Assembly (NCBI RefSeq): GCF_001194135.2
Contig: NC_068992.1
Coordinates: forward strand, 60,660,082 to 60,724,081
Origin: Octopus bimaculoides
Lineage: Eukaryota
Length of the DNA stretch: 64,000 nucleotides
Reading direction: 5' to 3'
Shown piece after piece: positions 13,524-25,484 of this stretch. The stretch's first letter is position 1; each line of letters begins with the position of its first letter. The notes under the pieces were generated by a model that saw nothing but the letters and a program-made list of their open reading frames with translations, did no database searches and was not told the origin of the DNA. A program made the position numbers and the translations under genes.

Positions 13524-14539
13524 TCTCTTGATGTTGTTGAAATTCCAATGAAGGAGTTCGGGATTTAGGTTAGAAGCCCTCCCTTTGTCTATTGGCAAGG
13601 ACTCCTGAAATAAAACGGAATAATGACTTACATACATATGTATGTGTGTGTGTGTATCTATGTATCTGTATATGTATGTATGGATGTATGGACGTGTAGA
13701 CACACGTCCAAACAGCCATACGCATCCATACATCTATACACGTCCATACATGTGTGTACGTGGGTATTATGTTAAAATTAATACTATCTGATAGACAGTC
13801 GAGTGTCTCAACTGATTTTCTGATTATTATTATGTATTATACATAGTTTTTCTTTCTTTCATATATTGTAACTGATTCAGCCTTTCACTGCCGATATTAG
13901 GAGAAAACAAATAACGAACTAATACGCGATTTAGAGTAGAAAATATTTCAAGGGACAATCTATAGATTATGTGCAAAATATAACAAAACGTTTTATTTGA
14001 AATTTTTTAAAAATTAAAAGATAAAAATATTCGTTCGAATGTGTTAGTGCCAGTTCAGGAAATTTGTGAGTCAAAGTACTTAATTTGTAAGTCAAATTCC
14101 ATGTGTGTAATTTATACTACTTGACAGACAAAAAAGAAATCAATATTTAACAATATGTTAGGAATTAGTGTGTCGAAGCGTCAAAATATGTGAGATAATT
14201 GTTTGCATAATATTTCCATCACAGTATTCTAATTATATTAAAGATCTGCGTCTAGTTTATTCGACTTTGTATCATAACTTGTGTGTGGTAAAATAGGCGA
14301 GACATTCACAGCTAAAAAGCCGTCAATAAGACCCACCCTAAAGATCGTATGGAACAGTACAATGAGCCCTCATGCGAGAACAAGTACGGCTTAATACCAT
14401 GCAAAGCTTTCGTTAACTGTTTTTGTAACTTATGTAGTCGGGAGCAAGTATACATGCTTTCTCGGACCTCTCACCATTGTCTCAGCGGCACGTCGAGAAT
14501 ACGGCAGCAGGAGGGAGGATGAGGGAAAGAGAGCACCAC

Positions 14540-14692
14540 CGACATCCACCTTGTACACATTTGCAGCTTCGAAGACAACAGCGGCGTCAGACGAAGTGCT
14601 TTGCTCAAGGACACAACACGTCAGTAAGTCCTGGAGTTGATACTACGACATTATGACTATGAAACGAACACCATAGCCACTAGGTCACGCAC
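14540..14692 (-). mobile_element. tRNA-derived SINE head
   Basis: Reverse complement reads gcgtgacctagtggctatggtgttcg...gtgttgtgtccttgagcaaagcacttc (A-box-like tgacctagtgg). Confidence 0.7.
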
Positions 14693-14738
14693 CATGACAT
14701 CCTAGAGGTAAACATCACCAAACATGCAAAGATATACG

Positions 14739-14905
14739 TAGGGCCGCCATAGCAGAGTTATAGGTCTCTGGGTAAATCAATGTACTGGATCTTATAGTAT
14801 TTATTTATTAACAGCAAGCCACAACATATAGATAAAAATTGAGTCCCTAGATCTGTGAGGCCCCTGAGCAATTTCCCAGTGTGCCCATACATTAAGACAG
14901 CACTG
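14739..14905. mobile_element. Non-autonomous hAT-type MITE, 167 bp
   Basis: Ends are tagggccgcc... and ...aagacagcactg, resembling degenerate CAGGGCCG TIRs. Flanks are 8-mers gatatacg and ggtatatg (6/8 identical, both differences transitions), consistent with an old 8-bp hAT TSD. Confidence 0.55.
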
Positions 14906-17564
14906 GGTATATGTGCTATTAAAGGAGCCCCTGTATAGTCGCTTGTTCTGTTGGGAATAGCACCTCAGATATCGGCTATCTTTAGAATGAAGTTCACCAA
15001 CAACAGTTTAAGAGAAACAATAACGTCATCAATTTTAACGGTGTCACAACGGTCCGCAAGGAAAGTAAAACTTTCTTACTTCAAATCTTTTCTAACTTAT
15101 TAGTGAATTACATCGGGTTGGCGAAATTATTGAGCGTCCGAAGAGACACATTGTGATATGAGTGTCAAATCTGCACTTAACTCTAAGTTCAAATTTTACC
15201 GACTGAGATTGGAGAAAAAGTATAATTTCAGAACCCAACAAGAAACGTCATGTTCTGATAGGTTTTGGAAGACCTTAAGGAATTGTACATGTATTTCAGT
15301 TGATCAATGGCAATACACTGGATAACAGGAGAGAATACAAGAGGATTTTAGATGCTGGGCACTCTGTTTCGCTTTTTTCTATATATGCTGCTATAAAATG
15401 CCTCTTCTTGTGTATGTGAGACGTCATATTAATATTTTGCTTGTCCTACGTTTGTTTGTTTTTCCCTGTTTCTGGTCTGTTTTTTTCTAATTACATGTAT
15501 GTATATATATAAATATATATANNNNNNNNNNNNNNNNNNNNNNNNNNNNNATATATATATATATATATATACGGTAAATGAGAGACGAAGATGGATATGT
15601 AAGCATACGCACACGTGTGGTTTGGTGCACATACGTTCACATAATGAGTTAAATAACTACTTGGTGTTTAAAAGAATGGAGAAGTTAAAGCTAAATTTAA
15701 TTCATTGATGTTTGTATGAGCGAGTGTACATGCGCCATACAGCCTACACGAGCGAGTTTGTATATCCATATCCGTAAATGATTATGTTTAATACTTTTTT
15801 CGCTGTATTGCGTGTTCGTTTCTTTTTTCCATCTAGTATTTTATCATCAATCTTCTGTATAAATGTATTTTAACGAGTTATATCTATTTATCACCCGAAA
15901 ATAGTATAGATACATATATAACCGGACGTATGAATGCTTTTGTGTGTCCATGTAACTGGGAGTATTTTAGCTGATAATTAATAAATATAGGTTATCATTG
16001 ATATTTTTCAAAAGCACATAAGTAATGTACATGTTCTTGTGTAGTTGAGAATCACATTCTCTTTGACATTGTAGATCGGTAGTAATACTCTCTATATTAA
16101 TTTTGATATAGTGCTTTGGGACTACACTATTTCTAAGTAGTATTGAGATGTCATGGCATGAGATTTTAAAAGAAAACTTGGCTGCTATTTCTAGTTGATG
16201 GGGTAACCATCTAGATGTTTTCTCGATAGCTTGACTCGTAGCTCAACATCTAGATAAAATATTCTATTTGTTACTCCTCGGAAATATATACAAATGTTGA
16301 AAATATATCGATCATTTTAAGATGAGGCGTAATATTTTCAATATCTTTATCTCTAATTAGATTTATCAAAGAAACGAACTTTAAATATCCTTATACATCT
16401 TCTATGTTATTGGACGGAGCCAGAACTTTAAGCAATTCGGTGCAGCTAATGCATCGATTTTACTACCTTGAAACCTTGAATCTATTTCCAACAGAGAAAT
16501 ATATTCGGGATATTAGACTATTAGATATTAAATGTCACCTTCTTCACAGGATTCAATTGTATCTAGCAATGTATACAATCGATAAATCAATATATACACA
16601 GTACTGTACTCAAAGCAGTAAAATAACTGGTGTTTTGCTGCCATTAGCGCGTACTAAAGAGGAAACATTAACAGAAAATTATTGCTTCACACAACGCCGA
16701 TGAAGTACTAGAAGCACAAGCGTGTGCCAGGAAAAGATGTATTAAATATAAGTATGTATTTACCTTAATATGTATGAGAACACGTTATTTTCGTGTATCC
16801 TTTTGCTTTAGAAATCATTATATTCTATATTACATTGTAGATATGAAGAGGAATTCATTTCCCGTTTATTGAGCGCTTTGTGAAAATGTTTACATGGAAA
16901 ACGAATTTTCTTCATATTTGCAAATTTCTGCTTATATATATTTATATTATTATTATTTTTATTATTAATATTTCTATTATCATATCATCATTATAATACT
17001 CAATATTTTAAGTTGCTTTTAAATTAATATTAAATGTTAATTTCGTTTTCAACGCTCTCTTTGTAAATTTTTGTTTTCTTAAATTTTTGCAAAGAATGCA
17101 TTCTCAAGGTGTTCGTCTCATTCCGTTACTTTCCGATATTGATATGAATACCTCAAACTCGTTTTCGTATTTGTAATAGTTTTCTGTCAACGCTTCCTCT
17201 TTCTTGTCCTCTAATGACAACAACGCATTAAACGTACAGAAGACGTATTTTATTTTGCTCTGATAACACTTCTTTCTAATACATATATACATACATACAA
17301 ATGTCTTGGTTCAAATGGAATTGAGCCACGTATAACTATCAATGTAAAACACCATATATGTCATATAATACACATTTTTATTAAAATATTTTATTAGTTT
17401 TCCAGCCATAACATTAATTCGTCTGTAAAATACGTTTCAAATTTCTGAGTAAAATAAAAATTTATTTCGACGGCGAATTAAATCAATTTCAAACGTTTGG
17501 GAGAATGTAAATTTTAATATAGAAAAATGTGTAAGGTTAGGTAATTCAATAAATATTCCTTTCA

Positions 17565-17596
<32 letters not shown>

Positions 17597-17800
17597 NNNN
17601 NNNNNNNNNNNNNNNNNNNNNNNNNNNNNNNNNNNNNNNNNNNNNNNNNNNNNNNNNNNNNNNNNNNNNNNNNNNNNNNNNNNNNNNNNNNNNNNNNNNN
17701 NNNNNNNNNNNNNNNNNNNNNNNNNNNNNNNNNNNNNNNNNNNNNNNNNNNNNNNNNNNNNNNNNNNNNNNNNNNNNNNNNNNNNNNNNNNNNNNNNNNN

Positions 17801-17839
<39 letters not shown>

Positions 17840-18169
17840 AAAACTTGCATTATTTATCTTTATTTTATTCCTAAACTCTGAATTAATATCTGAATAAATA
17901 AGTAACCATATTTGTTTTATTACTCTCACAAAAATAGCAATAATAATAATGAGGACTGTTAACAATGTGCATCATCGAAGATTATAGAAAAACCATTGCT
18001 TATCCGATAATATTTCTTATTTTTTAAATCTAAAGTTATGTAAGAAAGGAAATGTTTTGACAAAGCTATATTGAATGTAAATAATAATAATTTCGTTCAT
18101 AAATCGCCAAGAATTGTCAGGACATATTATTACATTAACAAAAAATGATACATACGTTGTGGTATTTAA

Positions 18170-18680
18170 TTAGTTCTAATGCTCTGCTTCGAATCCACCG
18201 AGGTCGAATTTGTCTTTTATCTTTCTATGGTTGATAGCATGATTTGTCAGTCATTTATTAGGGGGTGACATAACATACATCTTGCAACCCGAAAATATTT
18301 GCTTAATGGTTATGTTAGAAATGAAACTGTTTTACATAAATTTTAAAATAAATGACTGCTATGATTAATATTTTTTACCCAAGGGTACAGTCACAATATG
18401 TAATCGGTTTACATCAGCTAATTGAGTTTACACAAAAAGACAAACCTGACAGTATTTCAATTTATAGGGACAGATCTTAATATTGTTTCAAGTTTTGGTA
18501 CCAAGCCAGCAATTCAAGTGATAGCAATTAGTCGGTTACACCGACTTTGTACTCCCCCAGTAATTTATTTTATCGACCCCAAAAGGATGGAAGCAGAATT
18601 TCAGTTCAGGACGTAATGAGTCGGAACTAAAATACTGGTAGTCATTTTGTCCGACGCTCTATCGACTCTGTCGCTTGCCA
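18170..18680. mobile_element. Convergent octopus-type SINE fragments (+ at about 18170-18240, - at about 18485-18680)
   Basis: ccgaggtcgaatttgtcttttatc on plus; atcgaccccaaaaggatggaagcagaatttcagttcagga is the minus-strand copy. Confidence 0.65.
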
Positions 18681-18765
18681 TCTTGACAGAAAGTAATATT
18701 AGCAATCTGCCCGATATTCCACTGTTTCAACCAGCTTCTTGCCATGTCTATTGATTAGTAGTAGT

Positions 18766-18782
18766 AGCAGCAGCAGCAGCAA

Positions 18783-18842
<60 letters not shown>

Positions 18843-18868
18843 CAGCAGCAGCAATAGTAGTAGTAGTG

Positions 18869-18908
<40 letters not shown>

Positions 18909-18962
18909 CAGCATCAGCAGTAGTAGTAGTAGTTGTTGTTGTTGTTGTTGCTGCTGTTGTTG
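18766..18962. repeat. Compound trinucleotide repeat (AGT/AGC/GTT)
   Basis: Direct reading. Explains the poly-L, poly-S and poly-V ORFs. Confidence 0.95.
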
Positions 18963-19604
18963 TTTATCATATTGTTACAGATCACGTGGCTCAGAAAAAC
19001 CGATTAACTCTTGTTCTTAATCTGATCGCGGCAACCTGTGATCGAAAGCATTCAATCCTTAATCGACAGTCTTTATTTATCGATTGACTGAGTGGTTTAC
19101 GCATATTGTGTTGGACCGAATCTCTTTAGCCAATGTGTCCTTACTTCTCATCTTTTTAATTTAATAGGTGAGATACGAGAGTTTTAACTGTTATTTCTAA
19201 AATACCGGGCGACCACTTAGAGGTGTCTCGAGTTATTGCTTCTATTATTGGTTCTGTTGTTTATCGAATCGATCTGTTTTTGATGGAGATTGAGATCAAC
19301 TAGTGATCATGTTTGAAATATATTGTGAGGGGTCTGTCTTAAATTTATTGCCAAAATCATGTCACTGGTTAGAATCGTTATTTCAAATAAACTATAACGA
19401 CTGATGAGGACGCTAGCATCGAGTGCTTTGCCTAAGAAAATCTCTTCACAACATAGTTTCTGATTCGACCTCAATCTTTGGCACCGTGACGAGGTATATT
19501 CTACATGTCTCAGGTTGTTTTTCAAACCAAGACAACCATTGATCAAAAGGGTACCATTCGTTATCGGCTCCTAATTTTGATTTTATTTAGGTACTATGTA
19601 ATAC

Positions 19605-19990
19605 AAGAACATTCCACCGAGGTCGACTTTGACTGTAATCTTTTAGAGGTCGGTAAGTACCAGTAATGCACAGAGGTTGATGTATTCGACGAACCGACTC
19701 CCCTGAACTTTCTGGTCTTGTGCCAAAATTTGAAACCGTTATGTAAGATTAGAACTACTTCATCCAATATTTCCTTCCTTTAAGGCAGTAAGATCGCAGA
19801 ATCGTTAGCACGCCAGACGGAATGCTGAGCGGATTTTCGTCCGTCTTCACGCTCTGATTTCAAATTCTGCATTGGTCGATTTTACTTTTTTGTTGGGGTC
19901 TATAAAAGATGTACCAGTTGAGTATTGGGGGTCGATTTAGTCGACTTAGACCTTCCTCCAAAACTACTGGTCTTGTACCAACATTTGAAA
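19605..19990 (+). mobile_element. Two tandem octopus-type SINEs
   Basis: ccgaggtcgactttgac at about 19617 and a near-complete copy starting taaggcagtaagatcgcagaatcgttagcacg at about 19780. Confidence 0.8.
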
Positions 19991-20836
19991 CTTTCTTTCC
20001 GGCCCTTCTTAATTTTCTACCTAATAAATGAGAGTCTTAACGACTTTTTAAGCAGATTGAAAGACGAAGTACAGAAGATTCTTGTGACTCACTGCTATTG
20101 TTTCTGTTATTAATAAACAGATGTTAGACTTAACTAAAACAAAACATAATTAGTTTTATTCAGCAATATTGTCAAAGTTATGTGAATGAAAATAGAATGG
20201 AGGAAATTTTGTGAAATGCTGTCCACACAATTTAAGACCAGCATCATGCACTAGATCCCTTTAGTGGAGTTCACTATGTTGCAAGCTTTCGGGTTATTTC
20301 GGTCTAAGTATAACAGACAACATCCCTGTTTCTTGTGGGATCATAGAAAAGTAGACACTGAAAAAGTAAACTGGAAAATAGTAGTTAATGAATGGAAAAA
20401 ATAGCATAGAGAAAATATTGTGATTAAATATTGCAATACGTCATAGCGAGGTTCACCGTAGAGAAAATCGTGTGAATTCTTCTGCAATAGATCAGTGTGA
20501 CTAAATTTGCAATATCTACATACAGGTAATGCTGTTGTTGTTATTTACTCTCATGTAAGCCTAAACGAAATGGCTAATGATCAAAGATATTCCAACTCTG
20601 AAAAATCCCTTCGCTTTTCGAACATTTTGTGATCCCGGCATCATACACCGTCTAATGAAAGCTATTTCTGAGACCATAAGATGTAATTTGATAGAAATTT
20701 GGCTGCTATTTTCAGCACTCCATGTGACCACATAGGTATTTCATCGTCATTGTATCAGTTTTCAAGAGTGTGAGATCATATGTTTTGGTTGCTAAGTATA
20801 AGAAATTATTTTCAAGTATAAATTCATATCTGCCAG

Positions 20837-20882
<46 letters not shown>

Positions 20883-20883
<1 letters not shown>

Positions 20884-21020
20884 TAGGGACAATAACCAAT
20901 TTTCAAGAACTCATCGATGAAAATCCACTATCACATATAGTATAACAGACAACATCCCTGTTTCTTGTGGGATCATAGAAAAGTAGACACTGAAAAAGTA
21001 ATTTTGGATTTTGTCCCTAA
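20883..21020. mobile_element. 138-bp element with 17-bp terminal inverted repeats, embedded in (TA)n
   Basis: Left end ttagggacaataaccaa versus reverse complement of right end ttagggacaaaatccaa, 15/17 identical. Family not established. Confidence 0.55.
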
Positions 21021-21026
21021 TATTAT

Positions 21027-21057
<31 letters not shown>

Positions 21058-21609
21058 CAGTTATGCAGTTGCGCTCAGACAGTAGACGCCTAATGCAAAG
21101 TACGATTATAAAACAGCCTCATTGAAACAGATACGTTATCAGAATAAATAAACATTATACATGAAAAAGGAAGATAGAGAGAGAGTGGGGATGGCGAAGG
21201 AGAGAAAAGGACAGAGGGAAACGAAGAAATGTCTAAAAGGAAAAGAAAGTGTGTACGAAGGCAAACCGTTCGTGCTTAGAGACACCGTCTCCAGCTTAGC
21301 GAGTCTAGTGACATTATATGCATATTGATCAATTGTTATTTTGTGGCTGCTGGTTCTCCTTTGTTTACGGTCTTAGTTGGAAATGTTGACAGACGGGTCC
21401 CTTATCACATTAATTCTATAGGATTTGTGTAGTATTATTCCGTCATTATGACTTTTAAAGCGAATAACACTTGGGTTCAGTGCTGATGTTCCTCACAAGA
21501 ATTCTATTGCCACTGCTAGGTTTTACATTAACATTTATCCATCAAGCTCAAGCGGTAGTAACAAAAGAACTGTTCAGTTTCTCAAAAGTGGTTATCTTAA
21601 AGCCTGGAA

Positions 21610-21790
21610 GTCACCAGTATCAGCCGAGTAAATTTACCTCAGTATAAAACTGATACTTTATTTTAACGACCTTTGACAGATTGAAGGTAAAGTTAGTCTC
21701 GTCGGGATTCGAACTGCGTAAGTAAAAACGAAAGCTGGAATTCAATACATCAACATATTTTTACCAATGTCTTAGCAATTCAGCCAATCT
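21610..21790 (-). mobile_element. Decayed octopus-type SINE
   Basis: ttttaacgacctttgacagattgaaggtaaagttagtctcgtcgggattcgaac is a reverse-complement match to the family core. Confidence 0.6.
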
Positions 21791-21799
21791 AATATACTA

Positions 21800-22033
21800 C
21801 GTGGAAGCACATGGCCTAGTGGTTAAAGCAGCGGACTCGAGTTCGAGGGATCGCGGGTTCGAATCTCAGACCGGGCGATGCATGTGTTTATGAGTGAAAC
21901 ACCGAAACACCTAAGCTCCACGCGGCTCCGGTAGAAGGTAATGGCGAACTTCTTCTGACTCTTTCACCACAAATTTCTCTCACTCTTTCCTCCTGCATTT
22001 AGCAGCTCACCTGCGACGGACCGGCGTTCCGTC
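21800..22033 (+). mobile_element. tRNA-derived SINE, truncated within its central domain
   Basis: A box tggcctagtgg, B box ggttcgaatc, then gcagctcacctgcgacggaccggcgttccgtc. Confidence 0.8.
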
Positions 22034-22662
22034 ACTGGTCATCAGTCACTATTCGGTGGAAAAAAAAAGGTTCATTCGTGAGACGTGACAGCAAAGAAGC
22101 GCACACATTCCCTCTCTACGCACGTTTAGACTCGGAAAGATTGTCAAGAAAACATTGACCAATTTTCTGACTTTTCCGTGGCACGCAGGTGTCGATGAAT
22201 GGTTGAATGACCAAATCCAAGCTTCTCCTTGTTACTCAACAGTCACGATGGGATTTTGTTCTACCAGAGTTTCCAGGACGTCCTTATCGAGCTCTGAGTC
22301 TCATCTTCTAGGCTGTAGTTTCGGGCTCGGAATTTCTGGAACCAGCATTGACACTGGCTGACGATTATTGTCTGATCCCCATATACTGCATTAATATTCC
22401 TCGCACTTTCCGTTGCGCTGTCGCCTGTATTGAATTCATAAAGTAAAACATGCCGACTATGCGCCTTTGCTACTTCCATTACAGCTTTGAAAAAAAATAA
22501 CTGTTAAAATCGAACTGCACTCTTCAAAACTTGCACTAAGAATAAGGACGAGTTAAAATTACTACCTGCTTTCATAGCAAGTTGATGCAGGTAGTTTATC
22601 CCACCTCCTCCAACTTTTAATTCATGTAATTGAAAAAGATGCATTATTAATGGGATGACCAA

Positions 22663-22664
<2 letters not shown>
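22034..22664 (-). mobile_element. Mariner transposon 5' half (pseudogenised)
   Basis: Left TIR-like tttggtcatcccattaataatgc next to (TA)n. ORF MEVAKAHSRHVLLYEFNTGDSATESARNINAVYG (mariner HTH), continuing with frameshifts to KLGFGHSTIHRHL and ...FFHRIVTDD (first catalytic Asp region). Confidence 0.9.
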
Positions 22665-22702
<38 letters not shown>

Positions 22703-22803
22703 TTGTGTGTGTGTGCGTGTGTGTGTGTGTGTATTCATGTATGTGAATGTATGTACGTATAAATATACACATACATTTGCAAGTAAATGCTTATATTACA
22801 TAC

Positions 22804-22845
<42 letters not shown>

Positions 22846-23679
22846 CTACAGTGAATGTGGGAAGCACGGAATTGGTGGCAGGTTATGAGTCAACGGCCCT
22901 TTAGACGAGTTGACAGATAAATCTCCCTTTTTATCATACTTAACGCATTATCGTCTTTATCATCTTATGCAATAAGGACATACCGAATAGAATGTTAGCA
23001 GGCACACTGTGCCTAGAAAAAGAAGCAGTATGGTCACGATTGGTAGGACTTTGATCATGTGTCTGCTGTGCTAGAGCTTATACCGAGCAAAATAATAACA
23101 ATATCAACAACGAGTAATCAGATTAATATCTGATATGCCATCAGTATGTCTGTTGCCAATTTTGCCTAGACTTTGTGGCATACACAACATAACTATATTA
23201 TGCGGTCGCGGTGTATGTTTATATGCAGGGCTACAATCGACAAATATGATTAATCTGTACAGAAATGTGCTCTATTCATATGTGATAGCACGTATTATGA
23301 TAGTATATCAGAAAGGTGTCTCTATCAGCAAACATATTATGTAAAGCTAATAATCGTATTGTGATATCTCATGAAAAGGAAACTAATTCACAAATATAAT
23401 GTAGTTGATTACAGTATTGGAAAATTCAGGAAATTATGTCGTGTATCGCATACACATAAAAATATGGGAGCACATATCGCTGTCGTTGTCTCTGAATGCT
23501 AGCTCTGAGTCTCGAATGTTTTAATACTAATATACGAGAATTAACTTCACATCGACCTGGATATTTCCAGGGGTCATCAATATGGATTGTTTGATCAGCT
23601 AGAAATAGTATCCAACTCTTCCAGAAATCATACCTGTTGTCTTAAACGATAAAGACTACTTTGGTCGAAAAATAATTCT

Positions 23680-23885
23680 TTCCAAATCTAGCACAAAGCC
23701 AGCAATTTTAAGGGGAGCGATCGACTACCTGTCCTGTTGCTCAAGTGGTACTTATTTCTATTGCTCCTAAAAAGAATGAAAGGTAAAGTTGACTTCGGTG
23801 GGATCTGAACTCAGAATGTAAAGAACTAGAACGTCACTCAACATTCTTTTCCGGCGTGGTAGCGATTCTACCAGCTCACCGCTCT
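23680..23885 (-). mobile_element. Octopus-type SINE
   Basis: aaaggtaaagttgacttcggtgggatctgaactcagaatgtaaag...gattctaccagctcaccgc. Confidence 0.8.
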
Positions 23886-24634
23886 TTGGATAAAGGATAA
23901 ATTGATCATGGAGGATAATATGCCTAAATTAAAAAAAAGAAACAGCATGCTCATCACTGGCACCACTTTGATCATAGTTCTACTTGATGAGGGCAGAGAA
24001 TCACATTAACTCCTCAAAAACAGCCATTGTGTCCAGCTTTTCCTCTAAAACGTCAACTTCTTTAGAATCTTTCTCTTTCTTCTCAGTATTTTTCCAGCAA
24101 CAGTCATCTTGCAATTGTTCGATATAAACATTAACTGCCTCGATGCCACACAGCTCACGGAACATTTGCAATAGACAATGAGCACATAACTGCTACTACC
24201 AGAATTATCCATTAAAATGAAACTGTTTAAATATAATGTCAGTCTTTTGGCTACTATTGGTGCTAGTATGATAGCGATATCTATTCTTGAAACTATACAG
24301 CGACAAACATTAACTAAAAGACAGCTGAACATTCAGAACAATTTTCCAATTATTTACTTTTATTTTAGTTTTATGGTCTGCCTGATATACATCACTTTTC
24401 AATAATTTATTCCCAATTTGGTAAACTGGTTTATGTACAAATAAGAAAGCAATATTTTTCCCTCAAAGACAATATAGTGTGTATAACAAAATTTCCTTTT
24501 TTGACGGACAATTTATAATGTGACACAGGTATTTAAATTACATGGTTATAAAAGTACCATAATATATTTCAAACAAAACTGATTACATCAGACACAAATT
24601 CAGTTTTGAAGAGAAGAGTTGTCACGTATCTTAC

Positions 24635-24783
24635 CGTAGTATAATGACTATTTTCATAGTTACACCGGCCAGCAGTATCGATTGAAGATATTCTAAAAGC
24701 CTGACAGTAATTATTACTATTTCGGCCCCCGTTGTGCTGGAAAACAAATTCATTTTGGTATGATTTGAACACGGAAGGACAAA
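24635..24783 (-). CDS. Candidate internal coding exon of an unidentified, probably extracellular Cys-containing protein
   Basis: Acceptor ggccttattttag and donor ACG|gtaaga. 149 nt, phase 1 to phase 0. Open frame xCPSVFKSYQNEFVFQHNGGRNSNNYCQAFRISSIDTAGRCNYENSHYTT in non-repetitive DNA. No family recognised. Confidence 0.5.
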
Positions 24784-24974
24784 CTAAAATAAGGCCAATG
24801 ACTACGGTTGTGTTACTATCCTTTCATTTATCTCTATATTTATTTAGCGCGTAACAGCCTTGTCGTTGGCTTCAGCATGATACTGGACTGTTCTACCGAT
24901 AATTACGCAATTTCCAGTGGGTTGCAAGTTAAAATGGGGCATTATAATAATGTTGATTCCAATGAAGTGTCTTC

Positions 24975-25312
24975 ATCGTCATGGTCACTATGATCGTGTC
25001 ACCATCATCATCATCTTTTAACATCAGAGTTTCCATACTGGTATGGTGTTCGACGGTTTAACAGAATTTGACGAGTCCGATGGCTGCATCCTGCTCGCTG
25101 TCTGCTTTGGCATGGTTTCTATGGATAGATGTCGTTCCAAACCCCAACCGCACTGTATGCGGGCGGGCGCAGGCTGGGTGAAAACTGCGCAGTCGGCAGC
25201 AGCAGCGGAGAGACTATAGTAGAAGACACTTGGCTAAGGTGTCACGCAGTGGGAACTGAACTCTGAACCATGTGGTTGGTAAGCAAGCTACTTACCACAC
25301 AGCCACTCCTGC
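24975..25312 (-). mobile_element. Near full-length tRNA-derived SINE with RTE-like 3' tail
   Basis: Head ggcgcaggagtggctgtgtggtaagtagcttgcttaccaaccacatggttc; tail ...ccataccagtatggaaactctgatgttaaaagatgatgatgat. Confidence 0.8.
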
Positions 25313-25437
25313 GCCTATATATATATATATATATATATATNNNNNNNNNNNNNNNNNNNNNNNNNNNNNNNNNNNNNNNNNNNNNNNNNNNNNNNNNNNN
25401 NNNNNNNNTGTGTGTGTGTGTATGTGTGTGTGTATAC

Positions 25438-25484
<47 letters not shown>

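Noticed and set aside
21486-21650. MFLTRILLPLLGFTLTFIHQAQA signal-peptide-like small ORF
   Set aside because: An overlapping frame is equally open, and the ORF ends in a SINE. No independent support.
24045-24405. Several overlapping open frames on both strands (Cys-rich, TM-like)
   Set aside because: Mutually exclusive readings with weak splice signals. None preferred.
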